A stretch of 63,862 nucleotides of DNA, the filler included, from Candidatus Hydrogenedentota bacterium (GTDB lineage: Bacteria > JBFMHD01): the NCBI GenBank assembly GCA_040752395.1. It is 5 parts of 5 records of this genome, joined end to end, with 100 filler letters (N's around TTAATTAATTAA, not from the genome) between each part and the next. Parts side by side here need not be neighbours in the genome. Positions count along the whole stretch, not along the records: positions 25,890 to 38,569 come from JBFMHD010000066.1; positions 38,670 to 51,295 come from JBFMHD010000067.1; 3 more parts are not named here. The stretch is one strand, 5' to 3'. Made by a program: the position numbers and the translations under genes. A model generated the notes under the pieces. It had not been told where the DNA came from and did not search any database. It saw nothing but the letters and a program-made list of their open reading frames with translations. How positions within the stretch are numbered: position 1 is the first letter of the stretch; each line of letters starts with the position of its first letter. Below are positions 30,358 to 40,151 of this stretch, piece by piece.

Positions 30358-31633
30358 TTATGCATCTCGCAATGATGCTGGTGAAAACGCAGCCTCGTTT
30401 TTAGAGGTAATGAAAGGCGCAGTACCAGCAGCAATGGGTGAGGCATTTGTTGCTGTTACTGATTATCCGATGCAGGGTATGTTTTACAACCCTGGCCAGC
30501 TTGTTTACTTAAAAAGAAAGAATATATTATTCACACATCAGAACCTGATACAGGATATAGATTATGAATCATTAATGTTTGGGATACCCTTAAACCAAGA
30601 ATCTGTGATCGGTGTTGGGTTAGACTATGTAGATTTAGGCAAAGTAAAACGGACTACGATACAGAGTTTCAATCAGGGAATAAATTTAGGCACAGCGAGC
30701 GGGAATGATCTAATGCTATCAGCATATTATGCAAGACCAATTACTGAGAGCCTTGGCATAGGAGCTGGAATAAAGTGGGTGAGAGAAAAGCTTGATGAAA
30801 AGGCTGCAAACTCAGTTAGTATAGATGCAGGATTGATATATAAATTACCGATAAGAGAGCTGACCTTTGGGGTCAGTTTAAGAAATTTGGGAACAAAATT
30901 AAAGTTTTATTCTGATAAAGAAAATATACCATTAACATTACAAACAGGGTTCCAGTATCTCTCACCAAATAAGAGGTTCAGAGTCTGTATAGATGCGGAT
31001 AAAGTGAGGAGAGAGGAGATAGGGTTACATTGTGGTGGCGAGTTAATGATAAAAGAGATATTGTTTTTGAGGATGGGATATAATTCTGCGATAGATGTTG
31101 ATAACGGTTTAACATTAGGGTTCGGAATAAAGTATTACAATATAGGCTTTGATTATGCTTATGTACCATTTGGAGATATAGGAAGGAATCACAGGTTTAG
31201 CGGGTATTGTGAGTTCGGTAAGAGTTATAAAGAAGAAGAGACAACAAGTTTCATAGAGAAGATCAGAGAGAGGTTTAAGAAAAAGAAAAGGGTAGAGATA
31301 ATAAAAGAAGAAGCAAAAGAAGAAAAGGAAGAGGTAAGAGTGATTGAACCGAGGTATGGACCTTTTATCGGGGTAGGGGAAAGCAAGCGGGATTGGTTAG
31401 ACGAATTATTGCCTATTGTTTTCAAGACCCAGATTGAGTTAGCAGGAAAAGACATAAGTCCTGCGAATCAGTTAGCTGGTAGATATTATATTTATGAGGA
31501 AGAGACGATTATAAAGATACATTTAGAGATAGACTTAATAGACGAGGCTGGAACTATTATTAAGACCTTAAGCAGAGACGGAGAATTAAATAGAATAATA
31601 ATTTTGATCCAGGAATTAATAAAGCAATTATGA
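30200..31633 (+). CDS. PorV/PorQ-family outer-membrane beta-barrel protein with C-terminal extension
   Basis: AASFL...GA..AAMGEAFVA, YNPG.L, FDYAYVPFGDIG..HRFS. Confidence 0.82.
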   Translation: MQDNKRSKKQETENIIKDGKKIMRKKDSKIERFKDSKIISAFCILLMLLASTSYASRNDAGENAASFLEVMKGAVPAAMGEAFVAVTDYPMQGMFYNPGQLVYLKRKNILFTHQNLIQDIDYESLMFGIPLNQESVIGVGLDYVDLGKVKRTTIQSFNQGINLGTASGNDLMLSAYYARPITESLGIGAGIKWVREKLDEKAANSVSIDAGLIYKLPIRELTFGVSLRNLGTKLKFYSDKENIPLTLQTGFQYLSPNKRFRVCIDADKVRREEIGLHCGGELMIKEILFLRMGYNSAIDVDNGLTLGFGIKYYNIGFDYAYVPFGDIGRNHRFSGYCEFGKSYKEEETTSFIEKIRERFKKKKRVEIIKEEAKEEKEEVRVIEPRYGPFIGVGESKRDWLDELLPIVFKTQIELAGKDISPANQLAGRYYIYEEETIIKIHLEIDLIDEAGTIIKTLSRDGELNRIIILIQELIKQL

Positions 31634-31798
31634 GCGCACCTCACAAAATTTTGCCGCAGTAAGCTATCGCCAACTCTATCGTTGACTGGCATTGTTAATA
31701 AAAATACAAAAAAAGACTTTGCAAAAAAGTATTTCTTGCAAACATATTATATTTGTATTATAATCTTATTATGCTATTGATAAATTAAGGAGGCTGCA

Positions 31799-31897
31799 AT
31801 GAGAAAAAATATTGTTGCAAGTTTATCTCTGCCGCCGGAAATAGTCAGCCAAGCCGATGAGTTGGGCAAAGAAGAAAAAAAGACAAGAAGCGAATAA
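31799..31897 (+). pseudogene. Truncated ribbon-helix-helix (CopG-like) antitoxin relic
   Basis: SD AAGGAGG; MRKNIVASLSLPPEIVSQADELGKEEKKTRSE* stops at the start of helix 2. Confidence 0.5.
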
Positions 31898-31978
31898 GAA
31901 TCAACAAATTTATATTTTTGTTTTTGACTGAAATAATAATTAAATGTAATATCAAAAAAGAATTACTGGAGAACTGTT

Positions 31979-33376
31979 TTGAGAGATTTTTATAAAATTG
32001 TATTATGTTCAATTCTGGTTGCTGGTTTTATTCTCTCCTGTGGACGGAAAGAAAGTGAATACACAGCTGACGGCAGATTGATACTGGATTACTGGGAGAA
32101 GTGGACAGGGTTTGAGGCTGAGGCAATGGAAAAGGTTGTGGAAGAGTTTAACAGATCACAGGATAGATTATTTGTTAAATATGTAGTAACAGCAGGGATT
32201 GATAGAAAGCTTCTTGTTGCCACAGCTGGTGGTGATCCACCTGATATCGCCGGCATCTGGACCTGGGCAATCAATATTTATGCAGACAAAGGCGCGATAA
32301 CCCGTCTTGATGATTATGCAAAAAAAGCAGGTATTACACGCAATGATTATATTCATGTATTTTATGATATGTGTACCCACCGTGGTAAATTATGGGCGTT
32401 GCCTACCACACCAGCAACTATCGCCCTTCACTGGAATAAACGATTATTTAGAGAAGCTGGTTTAGACCCAAACAAAGCACCGAAAACTATACAGGAATTA
32501 GATGAATACGCAGAAAAAATGACATTATATAAACTTCCTGATGGCAAGATTATCTCTTATCCAGAGTTAATTAAATTACCTGATTATAAATCAATTATTA
32601 GCAATGCTGAAATTATACAGATGGGTTTTTTGCCTTTTGAGCCAGGGTGGTGGAACTGGGCGTGGAACCATTATTTTTGGGGTACTATGTGGAACGGAAG
32701 GGATAAGATGACTATAAATACGCCAGAACAAATCAAGGCTTACAAATGGATTGCGAGTTACAGCGAAAAATTTGGGAAAGACCTTGTAGAGCGGTTTACA
32801 AGCAGTTTTGCAGGTCAGTTTGCTTCAAGTCAGAACGCGTTCTTATGTGGCAGGGTTGCTATGGAGATTCAGGGCGTATGGATGTACAATTTCATAGACA
32901 AGTATGCTCCGGGGATGGACTGGGGCTGCGCACCATTCCCAACAGATGCAGAGGTCAAAGGATTGGAGAATGTTACAGTAGTTGAAGGTGATGTCCTTGT
33001 TATCCCTTTAGGTGCCCGGCACCCTGAAGAATCGTTTGAATTCATCAAGTTTGTTCAAAACCAGAAATATATGGAGATGCTGTGTATGGGTCATCGGAAA
33101 TTTACACCGCTTGCTTCTGTGAGTGAAGATTTTTATAAGAATCATCCGCATCCTTATTTAAATGTTTTCCGTGAACTTGCAAAAAGTAAGTATGCTTTTA
33201 CTGTCCCAGCAATAGGTATATCAAACGAGATTTTGAGAGAATATAATGTAGCTTGTGATTTAGTTAGAAAATTAGAGTTATCTCCAGAGAAAGCACTCAA
33301 TGATTTACAAGTGCAGCTTCAGAATAGCCTGGATAGAGAGATTCAACGACTGAAACGAAGGGGTAAATGGCAATGA
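31979..33376 (+). CDS. Sugar ABC transporter substrate-binding lipoprotein
   Basis: Lipobox ILSC; AGGDPPDI; WNKRLFREAGLDP. Confidence 0.9.
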   Translation: MRDFYKIVLCSILVAGFILSCGRKESEYTADGRLILDYWEKWTGFEAEAMEKVVEEFNRSQDRLFVKYVVTAGIDRKLLVATAGGDPPDIAGIWTWAINIYADKGAITRLDDYAKKAGITRNDYIHVFYDMCTHRGKLWALPTTPATIALHWNKRLFREAGLDPNKAPKTIQELDEYAEKMTLYKLPDGKIISYPELIKLPDYKSIISNAEIIQMGFLPFEPGWWNWAWNHYFWGTMWNGRDKMTINTPEQIKAYKWIASYSEKFGKDLVERFTSSFAGQFASSQNAFLCGRVAMEIQGVWMYNFIDKYAPGMDWGCAPFPTDAEVKGLENVTVVEGDVLVIPLGARHPEESFEFIKFVQNQKYMEMLCMGHRKFTPLASVSEDFYKNHPHPYLNVFRELAKSKYAFTVPAIGISNEILREYNVACDLVRKLELSPEKALNDLQVQLQNSLDREIQRLKRRGKWQ

Positions 33377-34257
33377 CAAAAAAAGAAAAAATGAATATTT
33401 TTAAAGGGTTGGCATTTATATCCCCCTGGATTATAGGCTTTTTAACTTTTACAGTTTACCCGGTAATAATGTCGTTTTATTACAGTTTCTGTGATTACTC
33501 AGTCTTTGAAAAACCTCTGTTGATTGGGTTTGATAATTATATTGATTTACTCTTTGATAAAATATTCTGGATATCGCTCGGCAATACGTTATATTTTGCA
33601 GCTCTTTCTATACCGCTTGGTTTAATAGTAGCCTTTATTATAGCTTTATTATTAAACGCAAAAGTAAGATGTATGGCTGTTTACAGAACCTTTTTCTTTA
33701 TGCCTACACTGGTACCGATTGTTGCGAGTGCGGTTTTATGGATGTGGATATTAAATGGTCAATATGGATTACTGAATAATTTCTTAGAATGGATAGGATT
33801 AAAAGGGCCTAACTGGCTGCAGGATAAGTACTGGGTGATACCAGCGTTAGTTGTTATGGGTTTATGGGGGCTGGGTCGCACTATAGTGATATTGCTTGCA
33901 GGTCTTCAGGAAGTACCACAGAGTTTATATGAAGCATCTGAGATTGATGGTGCAAATTATATTCAGCGTATTTTTAATGTTACGATACCGATGGTCTCGC
34001 CTATCATATATTTTAATGTAATTATGGGTATTATTGGTTGTCTTCAAGTATTCAGCGAGCCATTTATTATGACTGGTGGTGGCCCGGGCCGGGCATCTAC
34101 GTTTTATTCGTTCTATTTATATCAGAAAGCGTTTGAAGATTATAATATGGGGTATGCGAGTGCGATGGCATGGATTTTATTTATTGTTATTCTTGTTCTT
34201 ACTCTTATTGCAAACCAGATTTCCAAGCGGTTTGTCTTCTACCGCGGAGGCGATTAA
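33367..34257 (+). CDS. Sugar ABC transporter permease
   Basis: EAA loop LYEASEIDGA; MGYASAMAW. Confidence 0.93.
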   Translation: MAMTKKEKMNIFKGLAFISPWIIGFLTFTVYPVIMSFYYSFCDYSVFEKPLLIGFDNYIDLLFDKIFWISLGNTLYFAALSIPLGLIVAFIIALLLNAKVRCMAVYRTFFFMPTLVPIVASAVLWMWILNGQYGLLNNFLEWIGLKGPNWLQDKYWVIPALVVMGLWGLGRTIVILLAGLQEVPQSLYEASEIDGANYIQRIFNVTIPMVSPIIYFNVIMGIIGCLQVFSEPFIMTGGGPGRASTFYSFYLYQKAFEDYNMGYASAMAWILFIVILVLTLIANQISKRFVFYRGGD

Positions 34258-34260
34258 TAT

Positions 34261-35643
34261 ATGAACGAAAACGTTGCGGCACAAAGACTAAATAGAATGA
34301 TTATTTACGTTCTTTTGGTTATCGGCTCTATAATATTTTTCACTCCTTTTATGTGGCTTCTATGTACATCGTTTAAACCAATCGAACAAACAATGAAAAT
34401 CCCTATCACATGGCTGCCGCGGGCAGATTATATTAACTATGATTACAAAGAACTTGCAGCTTTTGATGTAATACTTGTTAAGGTTTTAGAGGGTCCAAAG
34501 CAGGGTAAAGAGGTACTGGTAGCAAGTGATGAATTCAGAGACGGGAAAGTAACGTTTATGGATGAAAAGGGGACACAATCATATGGTGCAGAACCAGTCC
34601 CATATAACACTCTATATCTTCGTATCCAGCAAAGCCTTGAAATCGCTGAACATGGTTATATGGTAAAGGTTGTAGAAGGGCCGAAGCAGGGGTTACGACT
34701 CATTATACGGGAAGAGGAGTATTGTGATGGCAAGGTGAGATTAGAGGTTCAGGAAGCTGATAGAATTTTTTCACGGGATTATAGATGTGACATAATAAAA
34801 CCTGTTAAGAAAGGCTGGGTAAAGGTTGTTGAGGATGTAGAGAAAGGGAAATCATACTGCCAGCTATTTTCTAAAGGTCGGTCCAGATATTTTGAAAAGG
34901 TGATAAGTAAACGAGATGTTCTCTGGAGTTGTATACCGAAGAGCGAGATTACAACCAGAATAGAGTTCCGGCTTGAAAACTACAAGATATTATGGAATAC
35001 AATACCATTTTTTAAATACCTGAAGAACACGCTGTTCGTTGCTGTGGTTGGTACTATTGCTATGACATTTTCGAGCGCGCTTGTAGCTTATGGATTTTCG
35101 CGCATTAAATGGAAAGGCCGAGATTTTTTCTTTGCAGTCTCTATTGCCACGATGATGATACCATTTCCGGTGACTATGGTGCCATTATATACAATTTTTA
35201 AAACGTTCGGAATGATAGGAACCCTGAAGCCGCTCTGGGTGCCGACTTTTTTTGCATCTGCGTTTAATATCTTTTTACTCCGTCAATTTTTTATGACCAT
35301 CCCATTTGAGTTATCTGAAGCAGCGATTGTTGACGGCTGCAACGAGTTCCAGATATTTTATCGTATAATACTACCTCTCTCAAAACCCGTGTTACTCGTG
35401 GTCGGGTTATTTCATTTTATGTATTCCTGGAACGATTTTATGGGACCACTTATTTATCTTAACAAACCCGAAACATTTACACTCTCACTCGGGTTGCAGC
35501 AATTCCAGAGTAAATCAGGCGGTGCTGAATGGCATCTCATTATGGCAATGAGCGTGCTTATTATATTGCCTGTTATAGTATTATTTTTCTTTACACAGAA
35601 GACGTTCATTCAGGGTATAGCTCTTACAGGCTCAAAAGAGTAG
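34261..35643 (+). CDS. Sugar ABC transporter permease with large extramembrane insertion
   Basis: AYGFSR, IPFELSEAAIVDG, WNDFMGPL. Confidence 0.9.
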   Translation: MNENVAAQRLNRMIIYVLLVIGSIIFFTPFMWLLCTSFKPIEQTMKIPITWLPRADYINYDYKELAAFDVILVKVLEGPKQGKEVLVASDEFRDGKVTFMDEKGTQSYGAEPVPYNTLYLRIQQSLEIAEHGYMVKVVEGPKQGLRLIIREEEYCDGKVRLEVQEADRIFSRDYRCDIIKPVKKGWVKVVEDVEKGKSYCQLFSKGRSRYFEKVISKRDVLWSCIPKSEITTRIEFRLENYKILWNTIPFFKYLKNTLFVAVVGTIAMTFSSALVAYGFSRIKWKGRDFFFAVSIATMMIPFPVTMVPLYTIFKTFGMIGTLKPLWVPTFFASAFNIFLLRQFFMTIPFELSEAAIVDGCNEFQIFYRIILPLSKPVLLVVGLFHFMYSWNDFMGPLIYLNKPETFTLSLGLQQFQSKSGGAEWHLIMAMSVLIILPVIVLFFFTQKTFIQGIALTGSKE

Positions 35644-35667
35644 TTAACTATCTTAAGCCGGAAATAC

Positions 35668-35701
35668 TGCAATGCCTCAGTTATTGGTGCAGTAGAACTT
35701 A
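35668..35701 (-). repeat. 34-bp dispersed repeat
   Basis: Reverse complement matches 9147-9180. Confidence 0.75.
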
Positions 35702-36123
35702 CTTAAGAAGCCAACTTATTTTTCTCAAGGCACAGGTAATTATCGAGATATAAATCAGAAGCTGAAAAATATGTATTATATTACGATAATGTTCGACAGT
35801 TCAATGCTTTGGCTGTAAATAAAGATAAATCCGCTAAAAACGATTCATTTGAATATATTGACAGAAGTGGTCAAAAGCAGGTTGTGCTTGTACCCAAAAA
35901 TAGTTTCACTTTTGCCTGTTTTGATAAAACACTCATAACATATATTAATTCTCAAAGAAAGAATACCTACGGACCCGATTGCGTAAAGCCAATTAATTAC
36001 TCTCTTGAAACGAATGATGGTAGAACAATTAATATCTTGAAAGATTATGTCTCTGCACCTTTTGGTCTGGAGATACGTGAAGCCCGGATAAAACGGATAA
36101 TAGTAGAGTTAGGAAGAAAATGA
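35702..36123 (+). pseudogene. Deleted relic of a large carbohydrate-active ('cellobiose phosphorylase'-annotated) protein
   Basis: Fragment PTYFSQGTGNYRDINQ followed by a C-terminal-like segment (35809-36123). Family recalled from motif memory, not verified. Confidence 0.35.
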
Positions 36124-36374
36124 TGGCATATAATATTAACTATGATGACAAAAGTTTAATCATTATTTATAGGTGGAATATGGCTGGACAGAGATCAATA
36201 AGTTTACATAATATACATTATCGGAAATATCATTATGCTGTTGAAGTCTGCCAAATTAAACTTGACATATTATAAAAATAGTTATACTTTTGTTATACTT
36301 AAAGATTATATAGATCGATTAAATAAAAGTATTAAAATAATATTTGATATTAATGCATATTTTTAGCTTATACT

Positions 36375-37817
36375 ATGAGATATAAAAAACTTATTGACTG
36401 GCTTGTCGCTCTTTCCTGGACTATTATTATTTATATTACTCTTCCAATTGGGCCTGATGTTATTAGATACTACACAGATTTAATAAATAATAAAAATAGA
36501 TTGCTAATTGATTATATACATAATAATCCAGTTTATAGTCAAAGTATAACTGAAAAACTGCTCTTTATACTTAATAAAATAAACGGTTATCAGCTGATCG
36601 GCTGGTTCTCTGCTTTTATAATACTATGTTTTCTTATATACATTTATGTTAAATTAATAAAACTTAAAAGAACATTAGTTGAGATAATCCTTTATTTTTA
36701 TATAGTGATTTTTTACGCCTATTTTCTTTTAACTATTAAGGTTCCTACAGAAAAGATACATTTTATTGAATACGGATTTTTATCTTATTTATTGTTTCGT
36801 GTATATTTTAATTATATATTTTCACCCGTTATATATATTTATACAATCATCACAGGCTATTATATCGGGATCTCAGATGAAATAATACAACATATTTTGC
36901 CAAATCGTAATGGTGCGTTTATTGATGTTCTGTGGAACGGGATTTCAGTTTTACTTGGTACCTGTATTGTTATAATTATCAATGGTTTAAAAAGCCTTAA
37001 AGTAAAACTTGAAGCCAAAGAACTAAGTTATGTAAACTTATGCGTTATCGTGGCTATTTTGAGCACAGACATTTTTTTAGCTGTTGTTCAGGAATATGGT
37101 TATCTACATAAATTTGATGCTAATACATATTTTTATTCTCGGTTATCAATCCAAAATCTTCAAAGACTTGATAAAGATAGTTATCAGAATTTTGCTAATA
37201 TTCTTAACTCCTCAAATGATAAAAATTATGAGGATTTTATAAACAAAAGATATACTTCAAGGAGAGCCTCTTTTCTTCATGAGCTCCGGGTTCACCTATT
37301 CAGACGTGATAGACGTTTTATGCAATACCTTCATTACTCTTTAGTAAAAGATCGAAAATTTGACATTTCTATTATTAAAAACAGTGAGTACCGTGATTAT
37401 TATTATAGATATATTCAGTATTATATGAAGAAAGAGATTGTAGATGATGGTGTGATAAAAGAATATATCAATATATTAAAAACAAAGACTCCAAAGGATG
37501 AGAGAGAGATACTTGAGGACTTATTTATATCTTATAAAGAGGACAAAATCGTATCAAATATTTTTAAGAATACATATAAAAATTCAATCTTTTATTGGGG
37601 CGATTCTTTTGTATCAGAGCTCTTCAAAAACCATAGTTTAGAATTTAATAGCCGATTTTATAAAAGCCCGGTGAGTGAGGATATAATAACCTGGGTAAGA
37701 ATGAAGGAGATATGGATTTATTCAATTATTATAATTATTTTTTTATTAGTTTTAGCTTTAAAATACTATAAATCGTGCAATAAACATAAGAGCAGCGATA
37801 CCTATCATAATCCATAA
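36375..37817 (+). CDS. Multi-TM protein with VanZ-like domain
   Basis: EKIHFIEYG.L, DEIIQ..LPNR.....DV..N. Confidence 0.7.
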   Translation: MRYKKLIDWLVALSWTIIIYITLPIGPDVIRYYTDLINNKNRLLIDYIHNNPVYSQSITEKLLFILNKINGYQLIGWFSAFIILCFLIYIYVKLIKLKRTLVEIILYFYIVIFYAYFLLTIKVPTEKIHFIEYGFLSYLLFRVYFNYIFSPVIYIYTIITGYYIGISDEIIQHILPNRNGAFIDVLWNGISVLLGTCIVIIINGLKSLKVKLEAKELSYVNLCVIVAILSTDIFLAVVQEYGYLHKFDANTYFYSRLSIQNLQRLDKDSYQNFANILNSSNDKNYEDFINKRYTSRRASFLHELRVHLFRRDRRFMQYLHYSLVKDRKFDISIIKNSEYRDYYYRYIQYYMKKEIVDDGVIKEYINILKTKTPKDEREILEDLFISYKEDKIVSNIFKNTYKNSIFYWGDSFVSELFKNHSLEFNSRFYKSPVSEDIITWVRMKEIWIYSIIIIIFLLVLALKYYKSCNKHKSSDTYHNP

Positions 37818-38132
37818 TATCATAATGTTATGTGTTTTTTTTCTTACTACAATTTCCTCCGGTGTCATCTCTTCCCAGGTTTTAGATTTCTTTCGCAATT
37901 GTTCCCAGCCTGACTCCCCTTCTTTTTTTTGTTTTCCGTAAACTTTTTTTAATCTTGAAGAAAACAGGTCATCTTCCTTTTTTTGAAAAAGTTTAAACTG
38001 TTCTTCAGCTATTTTTTCTTTAATCTCAGGAGCGACCTGCTCCAGATCTATTTTTTCAAGAGCACCACCACAACTTTTACAGTGCCTTGAATCGTTTGTG
38101 TTTTCTTCTCCACAAATCTGACATATTCTCAT
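37758..38132 (-). CDS. Zinc-ribbon protein with C-terminal TM helix
   Basis: CQICGEEN...HCKSCG; hydrophobic C-terminus. Confidence 0.7.
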   Translation of the reverse strand: MRICQICGEENTNDSRHCKSCGGALEKIDLEQVAPEIKEKIAEEQFKLFQKKEDDLFSSRLKKVYGKQKKEGESGWEQLRKKSKTWEEMTPEEIVVRKKTHNIMILWIMIGIAALMFIARFIVF

Positions 38133-38213
38133 ACAACGAATTAAACTAATTTTTACTATTTCCGTCAATTATTTTATTGACTTTTTTATTCAAATGGGAT
38201 GATATGTAAAAGC

Positions 38214-38540
38214 AGAAGCAAGAGGCAAGATAATTGGGTTATTGCGTTTTTGTGCTCTACACCCCGTTAGAGAAAGTTATTTTGTTGACATATAAGTTGA
38301 CTTAGGTTCTCTAACGGGGTACACAACGTATGAAAAACTAAAGATGATATAAAAAGAGTCGTGAGTCAAAACAGGACTCAAGACTCAAGACTTTTCAGCA
38401 GGCTTTGGGCTTTTGTCTCCAGCCGGCTGTAGTCCGTAGCCTATAGCCTGTCCTGATACCTCTCACTTCTTCCGTTATCTTGCTTCTTGCTTCTTGCTTC
38501 TACTTGATATCATTAGAGTTACAATGTTTTTCAGAGGAGG
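38214..38540 (+). repeat. Most complete modular element (outer AAGCAAG/CTTGCTT arms enclosing REP-like end, MITE and core hairpins; SD end module)
   Basis: 38214-38233 is 19/20 complementary to 38475-38494. Ends CAGAGGAGG before an ATG at 38551 whose gene is cut by the contig end. Confidence 0.9.
38262..38319. mobile_element. 58-bp MITE nested in the repeat
   Basis: TIRs CCCCGTTAGAGAA/TTCTCTAACGGGG with TACA duplicated on both sides. The empty site GCTCTACACAA is seen in other copies. Confidence 0.85.
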
Positions 38541-38569
38541 TAAATCTGGGATGAAACAACTATGTTTTA

Positions 38570-38669
38570 NNNNNNNNNNNNNNNNNNNNNNNNNNNNNNN
38601 NNNNNNNNNNNNNTTAATTAATTAANNNNNNNNNNNNNNNNNNNNNNNNNNNNNNNNNNNNNNNNNNNN
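38570..38669. other. Artificial contig linker
   Basis: N run - TTAATTAATTAA - N run. Confidence 0.99.
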
Positions 38670-38809
38670 AATTGCAAATTGTAAATTTATTTGCCTACTA
38701 CGGGTCTTGTGACCCTTACTACTTCTTTGTGCCTTTGTGCCTCTGTGCCTCAAGAAGCAGTAAGGGTCACAAGACCCGTAGTAGGCAAATAAATTTACAA
38801 TTTGCAATT
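38670..38809. repeat. Long inverted repeat (58-bp arms, 24-nt TGTGCC-repeat loop)
   Basis: 38670-38727 vs 38752-38809 with one mismatch. The right arm recurs at about 45226-45280. Confidence 0.9.
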
Positions 38810-38839
38810 TACAATGGAGCGAAGCAACAAGTGTAGTCT

Positions 38840-39037
38840 ATGATCAAAGTAACGAGGTTAAATCAGACTGAGTTTTATGTGAATCCGCATCAGATCGAGT
38901 TTATGGAAGCTACGCCTGATGTTGTGATTTCACTTGTATCTGGTAAGAAGATAGTTATAGCTGAAAAGATTGAAGAGATTTTACAGAGGATCATAGAGTA
39001 TCGGCGTAAGATAGGGATAAACATAGCAGATGATTAG
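38840..39037 (+). CDS. flbD: Flagellar protein FlbD
   Basis: MIKVTRLN..EFYVNPHQIEFMEATPD.VISL.SGKK. Confidence 0.92.
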   Translation: MIKVTRLNQTEFYVNPHQIEFMEATPDVVISLVSGKKIVIAEKIEEILQRIIEYRRKIGINIADD

Positions 39038-39052
39038 ACCGATATATATTTA

Positions 39053-39114
39053 GGAGGAGACAGGAGACAGATAAATTGTTACTGATACTTCTTGCTTCTT
39101 ACTTCTTTTAGGAG
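39053..39114 (+). repeat. Short modular element (GGAGACA and CTTCTTR arrays)
   Basis: Same modules as 39850-39925. Confidence 0.65.
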
Positions 39115-39187
39115 AAGATAGTAAGTAAGGATTGACAATTTGATTTTTTTGAGTATAATATAAAGAAGAGAGGAGGACTTAAATTTT

Positions 39188-39811
39188 ATGCCAGAAGAAA
39201 AAGATAGAAAGGTGGAAGATAAAAAGATAGACGAAAAAAAGGTTGACAGAGCAGAAAGACTAAGAGACGAAGAAAAAAAAGATGAGAAAAAAGAAAAAAG
39301 GTTTGCGAAACTATCTTCTCCTCTTGTAAAAGTGATAATTCTTGGCATAATTTTTTTAACGCTGTTATCAGTTACCACAGGTGTATCCGTGTATATGATA
39401 AAAAATATTACTCCAACGAATTGGGAACAAACAGGGGTAGAGACCAAGAATGTAGAGGAGCAGAAGGTTCAGATTCAGGAGAAAAAACAGGAACCGCTTA
39501 AAACTTACAGAATTGAGGAACCGTTCAAACTTGTATTATATGACAAAGACGGGAACACGTACAGTATGAGTATGAAGATTGCGTTCGGATTAAAGAAAGA
39601 CCATGTAGAGGATGTTCTTATTGAGCTCGAGGCACGGTTCTCTGAGATAAAGGATATAATACTTCAGACGATTTACAGTCAGAACCCTGCTGAATTAATC
39701 TACATCAATGGTCAGATATCATTAAAGATTGAGATTAAGAACAAAGTTAATGCGATATTGATAAGGCCGATTGAGAGGGTATATTTTGAAGACTTTGTGA
39801 TAAGCAAGTAA
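39188..39811 (+). CDS. fliL: Flagellar basal body-associated protein FliL
   Basis: Single TM; C-terminal IK.KVN..L...IERVYFEDFVI; gene context. Confidence 0.8.
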   Translation: MPEEKDRKVEDKKIDEKKVDRAERLRDEEKKDEKKEKRFAKLSSPLVKVIILGIIFLTLLSVTTGVSVYMIKNITPTNWEQTGVETKNVEEQKVQIQEKKQEPLKTYRIEEPFKLVLYDKDGNTYSMSMKIAFGLKKDHVEDVLIELEARFSEIKDIILQTIYSQNPAELIYINGQISLKIEIKNKVNAILIRPIERVYFEDFVISK

Positions 39812-40141
39812 GATTGAAAGATTGAAAGATTGAAAGATTAAAATTTTTTCTGATACTTCTTACTTCTTACTTTCAAAGGCACAGAGGCACAAAGGCACAA
39901 AGAAGACAGGAGACAGGAGACAGGAGGAGAAGGCACAAAGGCACAGAGGCACAACGTATGAAAAACTAAAGATGATATGAAAAGAGTCGTGAGTCGCAAG
40001 TTGTGAGTCAAAACAGGACTCGAGACTCAAGACTCAAGACTTTTCAGCAGGCTCCGGGCTTTTTGCTCCAGCAGGCTGTAGTCCGTAGGCTGTAGGCTGT
40101 AGCCCGAATTATTAGAGTTACAAAGTTTTTAATGGGAGGAG
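39812..40141 (+). repeat. Modular element upstream of the aspartyl protease gene
   Basis: AAAGATTG, CTTCTTA, GGCACAGA and GGAGACA arrays, long core, then ATTAGAGTTACAAAGTTTTT...GGAGGAG. Confidence 0.9.
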
Positions 40142-40151
40142 TTGATACCAG

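Noticed and set aside
39018-39045. Sigma28-like TAAA-N16-ACCGATAT at the end of flbD
   Set aside because: It overlaps coding sequence and the match is imperfect; too weak to call.
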